From positions 677,053 through 741,052 of the forward strand of contig NZ_JAAHIH010000001.1 in assembly GCF_010671925.1 (NCBI RefSeq): 64,000 nt of DNA, in the 5' to 3' direction. The notes under the pieces are model-generated. The model was not told the origin of the DNA and made no database searches. It saw only the letters and a program-made list of their open reading frames with translations. This document shows positions 1-10,371 of the stretch, one piece after another. The stretch comes from Moorena sp. SIOASIH (GTDB taxonomy: Bacteria; Cyanobacteriota; Cyanobacteriia; Cyanobacteriales; Coleofasciculaceae). The stretch's first letter is position 1, and each line of letters begins with the position of its first letter. Position numbers and translations under genes: made by a program.

Positions 1-458
1 CAACCTGTTCTTTTTTACCAATCAATTACGATTGATAGATCAGGATTCTCTTCTTCTAAATCTCCATCAATCATCGCCATTTTGGACAACACCAGATTAT
101 TCCCCCCTTGTCCCTAGTTGACTGACAAACCTGTAAAACTTGAAACACTCTCAGTAAAGACTATTTTGAACCAAGCTTTATGAAAATTTTGTTCAGATTT
201 TGTTCAGATTTTGATCAGATTTTGTGAAAAGACTGTGAAATCCTTTATCCACAGGGAATCCATGACCGTGCTCAATGCTACCTCTGAGCATAAATTTCCA
301 TAACTGGGCAAAGCCCACGACTTGTCAGTCAATCCATTTCCCTCTCTTGTACTCCTCTTCCCTGGCTGGTTATGCCACCAGGGTTAATCGACCTGGATTT
401 AGTACCACTCCCATTACCCTACAGGCAGTATGTCGATGGCTAACTTGGGTTAGTCCTG

Positions 459-2093
459 CTATAGATTGACACCACCTTTTTGCAGCTGTCGGATCGGATC
501 TAACAAGAAATCCACAATCCGACGGCGGCGGATAATGATGTCAGCTTTGGCTGTCTGACCAGCTTTGAATCGGATCATTTGATCGTCTTCTGTGACGTAG
601 TCACGGTTTAGGGAAACTTCTACCTCATAAACCGAACCAAGTTGTTGATCAGTTTTGGCATCGGCAGAAAGGGAGGTGACTTTCCCTTTGATGATGCCGT
701 ATTCCTGATAGGGATAGGCATCAAGCTTGATTTGCACCGGCATTCCTTCTTTGATAAAGCCTGCCTCCTGATTAGGTAAACTAGCTGATAACACCAGGGG
801 CACATCTTGGGGCGCTACTTCGGCAATGGTTTGACCGGGTTGAAAGACTTCACCAATATTGGCAACGTTGAGGGAGGAAACTACTCCATCCACCGGTGCA
901 TAGAGAAACTTTTGTTTGAGCCTGGCTTTCGCACTAGTCAGCAGATTGCGGTTTTCAGCAATTTTGGCATTTAGTTGAGTCAGTTCGATCTCCAACTGCT
1001 GAAGTTTCTGCTTGGTCTCGAGCTGAGTCCGATGGACTTCTGCTTGCTTCTGAGTTAGACCTGCCTGAAGTCGTTGGATTTCTGCTAAGGTCTGGTTGAG
1101 ATCGCTCTGAGTGAGAGTGATCGCGCTGTTGCGATCGCGTATACTCTGCTGGGCTTGATAAATTTGGTCTTGGTTACTGGCTGCTTCTTGCAGTTGGGTT
1201 TGGGTAATCACCCGCTGACTCGCTCGTAGGCTATGTTCTGCTTGAAATACTTGTTCTTTTGAGATTGCCCCTGATGCTAACAGGGGTTTGAGATTCTCTA
1301 GGCGTTCTTTCAGGGCAAATGCATCATCCTCTCGTTGCTGGAGCAGTGCTTGGGTAGTCGCCTTGAGCCGTTTTAGCCGTTCTAGTCTGTCCTGACTGGC
1401 GACTTTTGCCTCCTGATGTTGGATCAGTTGTTCTCGTAAGGCGGCTACTTTAGTCTGTGCCTGAGCGATAGCGGCCTGTTGTGCGTCAATGTCCGCTTTG
1501 GCAATTTGCTTACGGGTTTGGGCTTCTTGGCGGATGTTTTCAATCAGCCCTTGCATCTGAATTAATTTGATTTGGTCAGCATTGATCAGTTGCTCCAAAC
1601 GCTCTACTTCCGTAGCGCCAAGTTCTGTATCCAGTTCCACCAAGACTTGCCCAGCGGTAACCGATTCCCCTTCTTTGACCGCAATCTTGGCCACCTTGCC
1701 GGATTGGATCGGGTGAATTTTATAAACTTCTCCTTTTGGCACTAACTTGCCTGTGGCTTTACCCACTTCGTCAATTTGCCCAAAGGTTGCCCAAACCCCA
1801 CAGACCATACAGAAGGCAAATCCGCCCAAAAGCAGTCTCTGGGGCAGTACCGATGGGGGCTGATCTAGTAGATTTTGTAGGGCTGTTGACCAGTTTTCAG
1901 TGTTGGTAGCTCCTAGTGATGATGTTGGTGTGACCGGATTTCGAACATGATTAGGTGATTGGGGGAGTGGTGGTGCTGATACCGCTGTCCCCCCATAGAT
2001 CGATCTAATCTCAGCTGAAGTTAGATTAGGGTGAGGGGTTTGTCCCTTAGGGAGTCCCCCTCTAGACGGGATAGATGCTTGTGGTTTCTTCAT
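459..2093 (-). CDS. HlyD-family periplasmic adaptor (membrane fusion protein) of a type I / peptide-export ABC system, paralog 1
   Basis: 544 aa. Single N-terminal TM segment (LLLGGFAFCMVCGVWATFG), a long coiled-coil, and a C-terminal beta-barrel ending IIIRRRRIVDFLLDP. Lies 170 bp downstream of the C39-ABC gene on the same strand. About 60% identical to the ORF at 18288-19892. Confidence 0.85.
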   Translation of the reverse strand: MKKPQASIPSRGGLPKGQTPHPNLTSAEIRSIYGGTAVSAPPLPQSPNHVRNPVTPTSSLGATNTENWSTALQNLLDQPPSVLPQRLLLGGFAFCMVCGVWATFGQIDEVGKATGKLVPKGEVYKIHPIQSGKVAKIAVKEGESVTAGQVLVELDTELGATEVERLEQLINADQIKLIQMQGLIENIRQEAQTRKQIAKADIDAQQAAIAQAQTKVAALREQLIQHQEAKVASQDRLERLKRLKATTQALLQQREDDAFALKERLENLKPLLASGAISKEQVFQAEHSLRASQRVITQTQLQEAASNQDQIYQAQQSIRDRNSAITLTQSDLNQTLAEIQRLQAGLTQKQAEVHRTQLETKQKLQQLEIELTQLNAKIAENRNLLTSAKARLKQKFLYAPVDGVVSSLNVANIGEVFQPGQTIAEVAPQDVPLVLSASLPNQEAGFIKEGMPVQIKLDAYPYQEYGIIKGKVTSLSADAKTDQQLGSVYEVEVSLNRDYVTEDDQMIRFKAGQTAKADIIIRRRRIVDFLLDPIRQLQKGGVNL

Positions 2094-2263
2094 GGTAGCT
2101 CACCCATAATCACTGGTAGTTTTGTGTGTATTGATTTGAACTGAGAACACGAAGGTTGGCGAAAGTCAATCTTGAACACAGTGGGCGATATACTGATCAC
2201 CCCTGATCACCCCAAGAGCGATTTTTTACGCAAAACATTTACAAACTTTCATAAATGCCAGAG

Positions 2264-5200
2264 TTAAAGATCTAGCTGTTGCTGGGCTAGGTGGTAGTAC
2301 AGACCTTTCTCAGCCATGAGTTCGGAGTGGGTACCGCGCTCTGCGATCAGACCTTGGTCGAGGACCAGTATAGAGTCAGCATTGCGCACCGTAGAAAGAC
2401 GGTGGGCAATTATGAAGGTAGTGCGATCGCGACTAATGCGAGCTAAATTTTGTTGAAAACGTCGCTCTGATTCTGTATCTAGGGAGCTAGTCGCTTCATC
2501 GAGAATCAGAATCTTGGGGTTACCCAGCAAGGCTCGGGCGATCGCAATCCGTTGCCGTTGTCCCCCAGACAGGTTAGACCCTCGCTCCCCAACCTTGGTG
2601 TTGTATCCCAGGGGCAGGTTTTGAATAAACACATGAGCTTCAGCCAATTTGGCAACTTCTACCCCTTGTTCGAGACTATACTCAGGTTTGTATAAGGTGA
2701 TGTTCTCTAAAATCGTCCCTGAAAACAAAAAGCATTCTTGAGGTACCACACCTAATTGAGAGCGCAAAGACTGGGGAGAAACATGTCGGATGTCGTGGCT
2801 ATCAATCAAAATACGGCCTGTAGTTGGCTGATAGAGTCCTTGGAGCAGCTTTACCAAGGTACTTTTGCCCGAGCCACTGCGTCCGACAATGGCTATGGTC
2901 TTTCCAGGGGCAACCTCGAAGGAAATGTTTTGAAGGGTGTATTGTTCATCATCCTCACTATAGCGAAAGCTGACATTGTCAAACTGGACATGCCCCGCGA
3001 TCGCAGGCAATGGCATCAAGGGTTTTTGGGTATTCTCTTCTGGCTGGGTGGTCAAGACATCATCGAGCCGTTCCACCGATACCAATATTTCTTGGAACTC
3101 ATCCCAAAGTCCCACCAAAGACAAAATCGGGCTAATCACCCGACCAATGAGCATATTAAATGCCACAAACTGACCAATCGTGAGCTGTTCCTGAATTACC
3201 AGACTTGCTCCCAACCACAGTAAAGCCGTGCCGCTGAGGTTATTAATCAAGCCACTCACTGACCCTAAGCCGTTGGCCAAGTTCTGTCCTTTGAATTCCA
3301 TATTCAACTGACCCGTGAGGCGGTCTTCCCAGCGCCAGCGCACCTCTTGTTCAGAGGCTGCTGCTTTGACAGTTGCTACTCCCGACATCATTTCTACTAA
3401 CAGGGAGTTTTGTGCTGCTGCTTCTTTAAAGATTTCCCTGGACACTTGGCGTAGAAATGGACTGGCAAGTATGGTCAAAATCGCAATCGGTACAATCGTT
3501 GCCAGCACCAGCAAGGTTAGGTACCAGTTGTAGTAGAGCATCAGCCCCACATAGACAAACATCATTACCACATCCAGCCAAGTGGCAATAGCTTGCTGAG
3601 TGAGGAACGCCTGAATTTTCCCAGTTTCCTGGACTCGGGTTAGGATGTCCCCCACCTGGCGGGATTCAAAAAACTTCAGGGGTAGTGTGAGGGTATGCTT
3701 AATAAAGCCACTGACAAAGGTAAGACTGAGTCGATTGGAAAAGTAATCCAGCAGGTAGCGTCTGGTGACACTCAAGCCTATGCTCCAAAGGCCAAAGATG
3801 ACTAGACCAATTGCAAACACATTGAGGGTAACAACACTTTTGTTAACCACCACCTGATCCAAAATGATTTGGGTAAACAGGGGGGTAATCAGACCAAACA
3901 CCTGGAGCAGTAGGGAAGCTAGGATAATTTGCAACAGGACTGTGCGATGGGGCCATAGCAATCCCCAAAAGCGATTCAGAGAAATCTTTTGATTGGGAGT
4001 CCCTGCTAGCTGGGGAGTGGGATTCAACAGCAGCGCATATCCTGTCCAACCCTCTAGAAATTGTTGTCGAGAAAGCGATCGCTTTCCCACAGCTGGATCT
4101 GCAACAAGTACCTTCTCCCCTTTGACCCAATAGACAACTATATAATGATCACCTTGCCAGTGAGCAATCCAGGGGTTACTCCGATCCGCTAGGCGAGCTA
4201 AAGACGCTCTAACTGGAGTAGCTTGAAATCCTAAGGTTTCTGATGCTCTGGCTAACCCTTTCAGGGATGACCCAGAACGCCCCACTCCAGCCAGATTCCG
4301 TAGGGAATTCAAGCTAAATCGTTTGCCCCAGTAGCGTCCAATCATTGCCAAGCAAGCAGCGCCACAATCTGAAGAGGATTGCTGTTCAATGAAGGGATAG
4401 CGTTGCCACAACCCCTGAAGAAAAGGCCGCTTCGTCGGTACGGGAAATGGGATCAGTTTAGACTCAGCCTGGGTCGAGTTACTTTGTGTTTCACCATTTC
4501 CATCAGGGAGCTTAGATGGAATTAGCGGTACTCTGTGACCCGACTGAGTACGGACTTGGTGAACTATGGCGCTAGTGGCTTCTGATTTCTGGTGTCCATT
4601 TTCAGAGCTTTGACCCTTCTGTGGACTCAACTTTGCCAGCACCGGTGCCAGGAGTTGGGCAGTGTCCCAATGTTCCTGAGGTAGATGGGTTACCCATAAA
4701 TCGCTTTGGGCAATCCAATCTTCCGGTACTGGCTGAGGATAGCCCCAACTTTCGCCAATGGCAATGGTTAGTGGGCAATTCTCTTCAACTCCACCCCTTT
4801 CAATCTGACCACTACGTAGCCAGTAACGACCGACTTGGCCAGACTCAACTAAGGACTCCCCAGCGGAAATCCGTGTGTCTAGCAGGTAGGGCAACAATTG
4901 CTGTAGGGTGATGCTGTCAAGGGTACGCAATTCTGTCAAGGTCTTGAAGAAAATCAAGCGTTGCCGGTGCTGAGCTTGTTGCTGTAGGTGTTCGAGCCAC
5001 TCCGGTAGCCGTTCTAACCAAGATTGGAGTTCAGCTAAGGACATCCGAGCCATCTGTCCTGAACTCGCTGCGATCGCTTGGTAAGGATAAGATAGGTTGC
5101 ACAACAGTGCCTCAGCCCCAAAGGTTGCCCCCTCTTCAAGAACCTGTACGGATACGTCCCGCTGCTTTTCCCCATCAAAGCTTAGCAGCCGCACCCGCCC

Positions 5201-5473
5201 GCCACAGACGACGTAAAAATACTTATTTGGTTCATTTTGAACAGAATTTTGGCTTAACTCCCGTCTAGGATAGGGTATAATTTCATCACCTAGCTCAAAG
5301 TTATGAATTTGGAAGGATTGACTAAATTCTGGTAATAGTGTCTTTGATAGCGTCTTATCCAACCAGTTCGCGATTAGGTGTTCAATAACCTCGGAAGATT
5401 TCTGGGTCGGGTATTGGCCAAGGTAATCTGGTGGTTGCCCTGATTTTTCTAAACCGACCGTTTTCTGATGCAT
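2264..5473 (-). CDS. Peptidase-containing ABC transporter (N-terminal cNMP-binding-like domain + C39 cysteine peptidase + 6-TM + ABC ATPase); HetC-like bacteriocin/peptide exporter, paralog 1
   Basis: 1069 aa. C39 motif QQSSSDCGAACLAMIGRYWGKRF has the catalytic Cys. Walker A GRSGSGKST, ABC signature LSGGQRQRIAIARAL, Walker B ILILDEATSSLD. The N-terminal region shows a Crp-like beta-roll pattern (FELGDEI...VVCGGRVRLL...EEGATFGAEALL). Confidence 0.9.
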   Translation of the reverse strand: MHQKTVGLEKSGQPPDYLGQYPTQKSSEVIEHLIANWLDKTLSKTLLPEFSQSFQIHNFELGDEIIPYPRRELSQNSVQNEPNKYFYVVCGGRVRLLSFDGEKQRDVSVQVLEEGATFGAEALLCNLSYPYQAIAASSGQMARMSLAELQSWLERLPEWLEHLQQQAQHRQRLIFFKTLTELRTLDSITLQQLLPYLLDTRISAGESLVESGQVGRYWLRSGQIERGGVEENCPLTIAIGESWGYPQPVPEDWIAQSDLWVTHLPQEHWDTAQLLAPVLAKLSPQKGQSSENGHQKSEATSAIVHQVRTQSGHRVPLIPSKLPDGNGETQSNSTQAESKLIPFPVPTKRPFLQGLWQRYPFIEQQSSSDCGAACLAMIGRYWGKRFSLNSLRNLAGVGRSGSSLKGLARASETLGFQATPVRASLARLADRSNPWIAHWQGDHYIVVYWVKGEKVLVADPAVGKRSLSRQQFLEGWTGYALLLNPTPQLAGTPNQKISLNRFWGLLWPHRTVLLQIILASLLLQVFGLITPLFTQIILDQVVVNKSVVTLNVFAIGLVIFGLWSIGLSVTRRYLLDYFSNRLSLTFVSGFIKHTLTLPLKFFESRQVGDILTRVQETGKIQAFLTQQAIATWLDVVMMFVYVGLMLYYNWYLTLLVLATIVPIAILTILASPFLRQVSREIFKEAAAQNSLLVEMMSGVATVKAAASEQEVRWRWEDRLTGQLNMEFKGQNLANGLGSVSGLINNLSGTALLWLGASLVIQEQLTIGQFVAFNMLIGRVISPILSLVGLWDEFQEILVSVERLDDVLTTQPEENTQKPLMPLPAIAGHVQFDNVSFRYSEDDEQYTLQNISFEVAPGKTIAIVGRSGSGKSTLVKLLQGLYQPTTGRILIDSHDIRHVSPQSLRSQLGVVPQECFLFSGTILENITLYKPEYSLEQGVEVAKLAEAHVFIQNLPLGYNTKVGERGSNLSGGQRQRIAIARALLGNPKILILDEATSSLDTESERRFQQNLARISRDRTTFIIAHRLSTVRNADSILVLDQGLIAERGTHSELMAEKGLYYHLAQQQLDL

Positions 5474-6912
5474 TAGCTAGAACCCCTTCGTTAGTGAGTT
5501 TTGCCATGTCTTGACTAGCGCCATGGTTAGCTGGAGTCTTTGACCCCATTTGATTGGCACAAGTCCTGATTGTTGAAACAGTACTCTGGGTAGTCACATA
5601 GACTCTGCTCCCTCCCTTTCCCGAGTGATAGTCCCAGTAGTGTTCCCTGGGGTTGACTTAGGAGTTGACTTAGGAGTACTGTGGCATTCAACAAGTGTTT
5701 GCCGTTTTATGCCACCTAAGCCATCCCAGCTAATCCAGGTAATAAGTAATAATTTGATGGTCACCCTTGCTCCGGGAGGCTGTTCGCCCTTTTTTAGGTA
5801 ACTTCATGAAAAGCTTGTGAAATTAATTATGAGTTTTTTCCCCTGAAAACTCAACATCCTTACATATTTCTTAAAACTTCAAATCTTTTCTACATATTCC
5901 TTACCAGTAACCCCAAGGACAATCTCCGGAATCATCCTATGTGAAGTAAATTGGTGCTGTCAAGTTGTTTTCACGATAACTTTACGGTTTTTACAATAAC
6001 TTCAAGAAAAGTTTATCAAATCTTATTGAAGTTAACCAGCCAGATTGAAGTTAACTAGCCAGATAGAGTTGTCAAGTTTTCATAACATTTTCACTAAACT
6101 AACTATTCATATAATCAGTTTAGTAGTTATCAATAGTTTTACAATTACTTTACAAATTCTTCATTAAATCTTGTTATAAACTTTAAAAAAAATTCACAAG
6201 TACAGCAATGTCTCAGCTCCTAGAGAAGCTTTGTGCTCCTTGATAGTGTGATACGGTTTGTCAATTACCCTAGGGGTTATACCCCTCAAAAATTAGCAAG
6301 CTTACAGAGCACCATACTTCCTATCTGGTCGTCATATCATCGACCCTTAAATACTAATCATTAAAACTGATCGGGAGATGGGGAGAAGTAAGGGGAGGGA
6401 AGAACGTGGATATTGTTAATCATTACTCATCCTCCGGACTTGATATAAATTAATCAACAGTTAACTTACATAGTTTTATTGATCGTTATTTTTATTTGAA
6501 AACAAAAAAATACTTCCTAGGTTTACATCTCATTCATAAACCCTATAGTCAGCTATAACTTAACGTAAACTTTACAAAAGTATCTTATCAAAAGTGACAA
6601 ATTGGCATGTCTAATACCTTCCAATTATTTATGGTTTTACTATAAATCAATTGGGTGGTAACCAAGTGTGTAATATAGCGTTTCGTGTAGGATATGTAAA
6701 CCTATAAGGTCTTTTTTTATTGGAAAATAAAACTCCGGAGCTCTTTCCCCTCTTGCCTTACTTACCCTCCTGGGAGGGTTTAGGGGTGGGTTCCTATTGT
6801 ATGCAAGCAAATTCCTGCAAAAAGTGTGTTTACAACCCAGCTCCAAACGCTATATTCCCCATTCTCCATTCCCACTATTGATAATTAAGTGAACAAAAAA
6901 ACCTAGAATTTT

Positions 6913-8196
6913 ATGACATCAGATACTCTATTCTTACCCCTGAAATCTCAAACCTATAACCCTAAACCTAACTTTGCTAATGCTACCGGAGGCGCTCAGT
7001 TTACAGGATACAGTCACAGTCCTTCAGGGACTTTGACTGATGCCCAAGCACAGACTTTCGTCAACGATGGTTTAACTCAGGCCATTGCTAATGCTGACGC
7101 CACCTTTATCAATGACCCAACTTTTTCTGAACTCTTCACTCAAAGTGCTGGAGTTGGTCAAGAGGGCGCTTATGAAGTATTTGCTAGCAGCAAGGCTAAG
7201 GTAGTTGGTAATTTTTCCGTTGGTGCTTATCAGAAGTTTTCCTTTGATTTCTCAACGGCTTTAGAACTTAACTCAAAAGAAATTGAAAATTCCAATACTG
7301 AATATGCTTCCGCAAAGTCAGGCAGTTATTTTTTTGTATTAGATACAACTAATGGTTATACCAAACTGTTAGATTATTTTGGCCTGAAGGGGAATTTAAT
7401 CTCTTCGAGTCAAGTTGGCAAGCTGAACTTTGGTGCAAGTTATAATGTTACCGTTGACTACCCCTCTAAAAGTACAGATATTAATGGTAACAATGGCATC
7501 GACTTCCTAAAAGGCTCAACTACAGGAGAATATAAGCGTTGGTTTAACCGTGATACCAATGTAACTGTAGTAGAAGTAAATACCAGTACAATTCAGTTGT
7601 TGGGAGATAGCTTAATCTATAACTTGGGTAATGATGTCCAATATGGAAGTATTTGGAATGATAAACTTCATGGAACTGATTATGGGGACAAAATCTATAG
7701 CAGCCTAGGGGATGATACTGTCTATGGCTATGGTGGTAATGATATCCTTGAAGGAGGTAAAGGCCACGATAAGCTGTATGGTGGTAATGGTTATGATAAA
7801 CTCCATGGCAGTTTTGGTGAGGATACCTTAGTCGGTGGTTACCACAATGATACGTTATTCGGTGGTAGTGATGATGACATCCTGATTGGTGGTCGTGGTA
7901 GCGATGTGATGAGCGGTGGTAGTGGCGCTGACCAATTCGTTTTTGAGCGAAATCAGAGTTTGTTATCCGGTGAATTTGATGTGATCAAGGACTTTGAGGT
8001 TGGTGTCGATCAGATTGAATTTTGGGGCTGGGGTTATATTGATGCCTCCAATTGGTTCAGTGGGGTAATTGCTGAAGGTAGGCTCACCGATACCCAAGAT
8101 GGTGCGCTATTCCATTCAAATTATGGTGGAAAAGTCCTGTTTGAAGGGGTTAATGCACACGAGCTTAGTGACTCTGACTTCGTCTTCGCTGCTTAA
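6913..8196 (+). CDS. Secreted beta-roll (RTX-type calcium-binding repeat) protein with a conserved N-terminal domain, paralog A
   Basis: 427 aa. Tandem nonapeptide repeats GGxGxDxLx (GNDILEGGKGHDKLYGGNGYDKLHGSFGEDTLVGG...). C-terminus ends SDFVFAA. The N-terminal ~230 aa are shared with the ORFs at 8638 and 10372 (TLFLP...KPNFANATG.AQFT.YS...). Confidence 0.8.
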   Translation: MTSDTLFLPLKSQTYNPKPNFANATGGAQFTGYSHSPSGTLTDAQAQTFVNDGLTQAIANADATFINDPTFSELFTQSAGVGQEGAYEVFASSKAKVVGNFSVGAYQKFSFDFSTALELNSKEIENSNTEYASAKSGSYFFVLDTTNGYTKLLDYFGLKGNLISSSQVGKLNFGASYNVTVDYPSKSTDINGNNGIDFLKGSTTGEYKRWFNRDTNVTVVEVNTSTIQLLGDSLIYNLGNDVQYGSIWNDKLHGTDYGDKIYSSLGDDTVYGYGGNDILEGGKGHDKLYGGNGYDKLHGSFGEDTLVGGYHNDTLFGGSDDDILIGGRGSDVMSGGSGADQFVFERNQSLLSGEFDVIKDFEVGVDQIEFWGWGYIDASNWFSGVIAEGRLTDTQDGALFHSNYGGKVLFEGVNAHELSDSDFVFAA

Positions 8197-8415
8197 AACT
8201 TAATTCCAGATGGGTAATACTCTACAGGACTCACGCAGTAAATTTATACCAATTCTTAGCGCTCACACCGCTACACATCAATTTCATCTCCCCATCTCCC
8301 CATCTGCATCTTTAGTGTTACTTGTAGTGTGCGTTAATAACGCACCCTACTACTACTTATAGGGTTTAGTGCCCAATTTTTCGTAAGTCTTGCTTCAATT
8401 CATTGAAGCTAAACT

Positions 8416-8450
8416 CAAAGAGGCGTTCGCTTAGCGTGCGCCTCTTTTAT
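8416..8450 (+). terminator. Rho-independent terminator after RTX paralog A
   Basis: Inverted repeat aagaggcg...cgcctctt followed by a T-run. Confidence 0.6.
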
Positions 8451-8560
8451 CATGAGCTGATTACTGATAGCTAAATGCTTACTATCTTAACTACCAGACC
8501 ATTCGGTCACTGGTGAAGAGCTGATAGCTTAATACTTACCAATTAGGCTGTTATTGTCAT

Positions 8561-8620
8561 AAAAATCAGCCGCCAAAATGGCGCTCAGAATTGATTGATC
8601 CTATATATAATGATTCCCGG
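8561..8620 (+). promoter_or_regulatory. Candidate promoter of RTX paralog B: AAAATCAGCCGCCAAAATGGCG box plus TATAAT
   Basis: The box sits about 19 bp upstream of tatatataat and about 50 bp upstream of the ATG. The same box recurs at 10288-10306 and 12322-12346. Confidence 0.5.
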
Positions 8621-8637
8621 AATAAGTCCATATAAAA

Positions 8638-9876
8638 ATGGAGAATTTAATGGGATCAAATACTTTATTTTTGCCGATTGTTAAAACCCCTAACTCCAAA
8701 CCGAACTTTGCTGACGCTACAGGAAGCGCCAAGTTCACCAACTATAGTCAACCAGCGTCTGGGTTTTTGACTCAAGCTCAGGCGCAGACTTTAGTCAAGG
8801 ATGGTGTGGGTTTTGCCCTTGCTAATGCTGACGCCACTTTTGTCAATAACCCAACCTTCTCTACACTATTTAGTCAAGCTACCGCAGCTGGTTTTGATGG
8901 TGCTTTTGAGAGTCGTTCGCAAAGTAACACTAAAGTAGTTGCTAGTTTTTCTGTTGGAGCTAATCAACAATTCTCTTTCAATTTCTCAGCAGATTTACGA
9001 CTGACAGCTAAAGAAATTGAAAATCCTAATCGGGAATATTCTCAGGCCAAGTCAAAGATAGGTTTTCTGGTTTTAGAGACTGAGAGTCACAGTAGACCTA
9101 AGGTTAAAGGGTTTTTTGGCATTGCTGGTGATTTAATCTCTTCCCGCAAAATCGGCGACTTGGATTTTGGCTCTAGTCGCAACGTCAAACTTAACGGTCC
9201 TTTTAAAACCACTGATATTGATGGCAACAACGGCGTAGACTTCGTCAAGGGTTCAGCCCAAGGCACTTATCAGCAAACCTTTAGCCGTGATAGCAAGATC
9301 ACGATCGTAGAAGTTAATAATAATGCTGTTAGTTTGTTGGGGGATACCTTAATCAACAGCCTGGGCAAGGATGTCCGCTATGGAAGTATTTGGGATGATA
9401 AGCTTCGTGGCACTTTCCGTAATGACAAAATTTATGCTAGCCTAGGCGATGATTCGATTCAAGGACTTACTGGCGATGACATCCTGGAAGGGGGTAAAGG
9501 CAACGATAAGCTGAATGGAGGGTTTGGTGATGATAAACTCCATGGCAGTTTTGGTAACGACACTTTGGTAGGTGGCGGTGGCAATGACACCATGGTTGGT
9601 GGTAATGGCGCTGACACATTTGTTTTCAATCGGATCAATAGCTTGCTTGGAAATGACTTTGATATCATCAAAGACTTCCAAGTTGGTTTAGATAAGGTTA
9701 AATTCCAAGGTTTTGGTCGAATTGACTCCAAAACTTGGTACAACAATGGGATAAATCAGGGTTACCTTACTAATACTAGTAATGGCGCTCTCTTATCTGA
9801 CGCAAAAGGTGGAGAAGTTTTGTTTGAAGGTGTGAATCTAAACGCTCTTAAGCATTCTGACTTCCACTTCGCCTAA
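8638..9876 (+). CDS. Secreted beta-roll (RTX-type) protein, paralog B
   Basis: 412 aa. Same architecture as 6913-8196: GDDILEGGKGNDKLNGGFGDDKLHGSFGNDTLVGGGGNDTMVGG, C-terminus SDFHFA. A TATAAT is about 20 bp upstream and a hairpin terminator follows downstream. Confidence 0.8.
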   Translation: MENLMGSNTLFLPIVKTPNSKPNFADATGSAKFTNYSQPASGFLTQAQAQTLVKDGVGFALANADATFVNNPTFSTLFSQATAAGFDGAFESRSQSNTKVVASFSVGANQQFSFNFSADLRLTAKEIENPNREYSQAKSKIGFLVLETESHSRPKVKGFFGIAGDLISSRKIGDLDFGSSRNVKLNGPFKTTDIDGNNGVDFVKGSAQGTYQQTFSRDSKITIVEVNNNAVSLLGDTLINSLGKDVRYGSIWDDKLRGTFRNDKIYASLGDDSIQGLTGDDILEGGKGNDKLNGGFGDDKLHGSFGNDTLVGGGGNDTMVGGNGADTFVFNRINSLLGNDFDIIKDFQVGLDKVKFQGFGRIDSKTWYNNGINQGYLTNTSNGALLSDAKGGEVLFEGVNLNALKHSDFHFA

Positions 9877-10099
9877 CATCCAGTCCTAGGGGCGAAGTAT
9901 TTGGGAAGAAACTTGTTGGAAAAACGACGATATTTAGATCCAAATGCTTCCCCTGATCGCTATTTTGGCAAGAGGTCTAATACCGAGTTGCATTCAAAGA
10001 TAGTAGATGGGGAGATGGGGAGATGGGGAAATGGGGAGATGGGGAGATGGGGAGATTGGGGGCAGATAAAGTTGTACCTTTGATCGCAACTTAGTATAA

Positions 10100-10137
10100 A
10101 GAAAAGAGGCGCACGCTAGGCGAACGCCTCTTTTTTC
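10100..10137 (+). terminator. Rho-independent terminator after RTX paralog B
   Basis: aaaagaggcg / cgcctctttt stem followed by tttttt. Confidence 0.65.
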
Positions 10138-10287
10138 ATATCAATACCATTTTTATAGTCCGGGTAATCGGTAATTGGTAATCGGTAATCAAACCACTAT
10201 TACCAATTATAAATTAAGTACATAGCAACAAATAATGATTAGTTAACTGTGACAATATATAACATTTAGTGATAATTTGCTGTAAAA

Positions 10288-10335
10288 TAAACAGCCAAAA
10301 TGGCGTTTGAAATATATTGATTATATTTATAATTT
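10288..10335 (+). promoter_or_regulatory. Candidate promoter of RTX paralog C: CAGCCAAAATGGCG box plus TTTATAAT
   Basis: Same box-to-(-10) spacing as upstream of paralog B. Confidence 0.5.
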
Positions 10336-10371
10336 TCATCTAATATAGTTGTCCAAAAAAACGGAAAATTC

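Noticed and set aside
275-469. 64-aa plus-strand ORF upstream of hlyD paralog 1
   Set aside because: No Shine-Dalgarno or motifs. It overlaps the 3' end of hlyD.
2756-4911. Several 60-155-aa ORFs on the plus strand inside the HetC-like gene
   Set aside because: They are antisense frames within a clearly coding 1069-aa gene.
459-5473. Interpreting the HetC-like/HlyD pairs as classical RTX-toxin (HlyB/HlyD) exporters for the adjacent beta-roll proteins
   Set aside because: HlyB-type exporters carry a degenerate C39-like domain without the catalytic Cys. These have an intact Cys motif, which points to leader-peptide substrates. RTX secretion by them cannot be excluded but is not the favoured reading.
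6640-6846. 68-aa minus-strand ORF in the long intergenic region
   Set aside because: AT-rich promoter region with no ribosome-binding site. Likely spurious.
6913-7000. ATGG/ATGS/ATGN site about 26 aa into the RTX paralogs as a possible double-glycine cleavage site
   Set aside because: The Gly-Gly is present in only one of three paralogs. The hydrophobic positions do not fit the leader consensus. It is more likely part of a conserved mature N-terminal domain.
9901-10083. 60-aa ORF (MGRNLLEKRRY...)
   Set aside because: It lies entirely in the GATGGGGA heptamer array between two RTX genes and is a repeat-generated reading frame.
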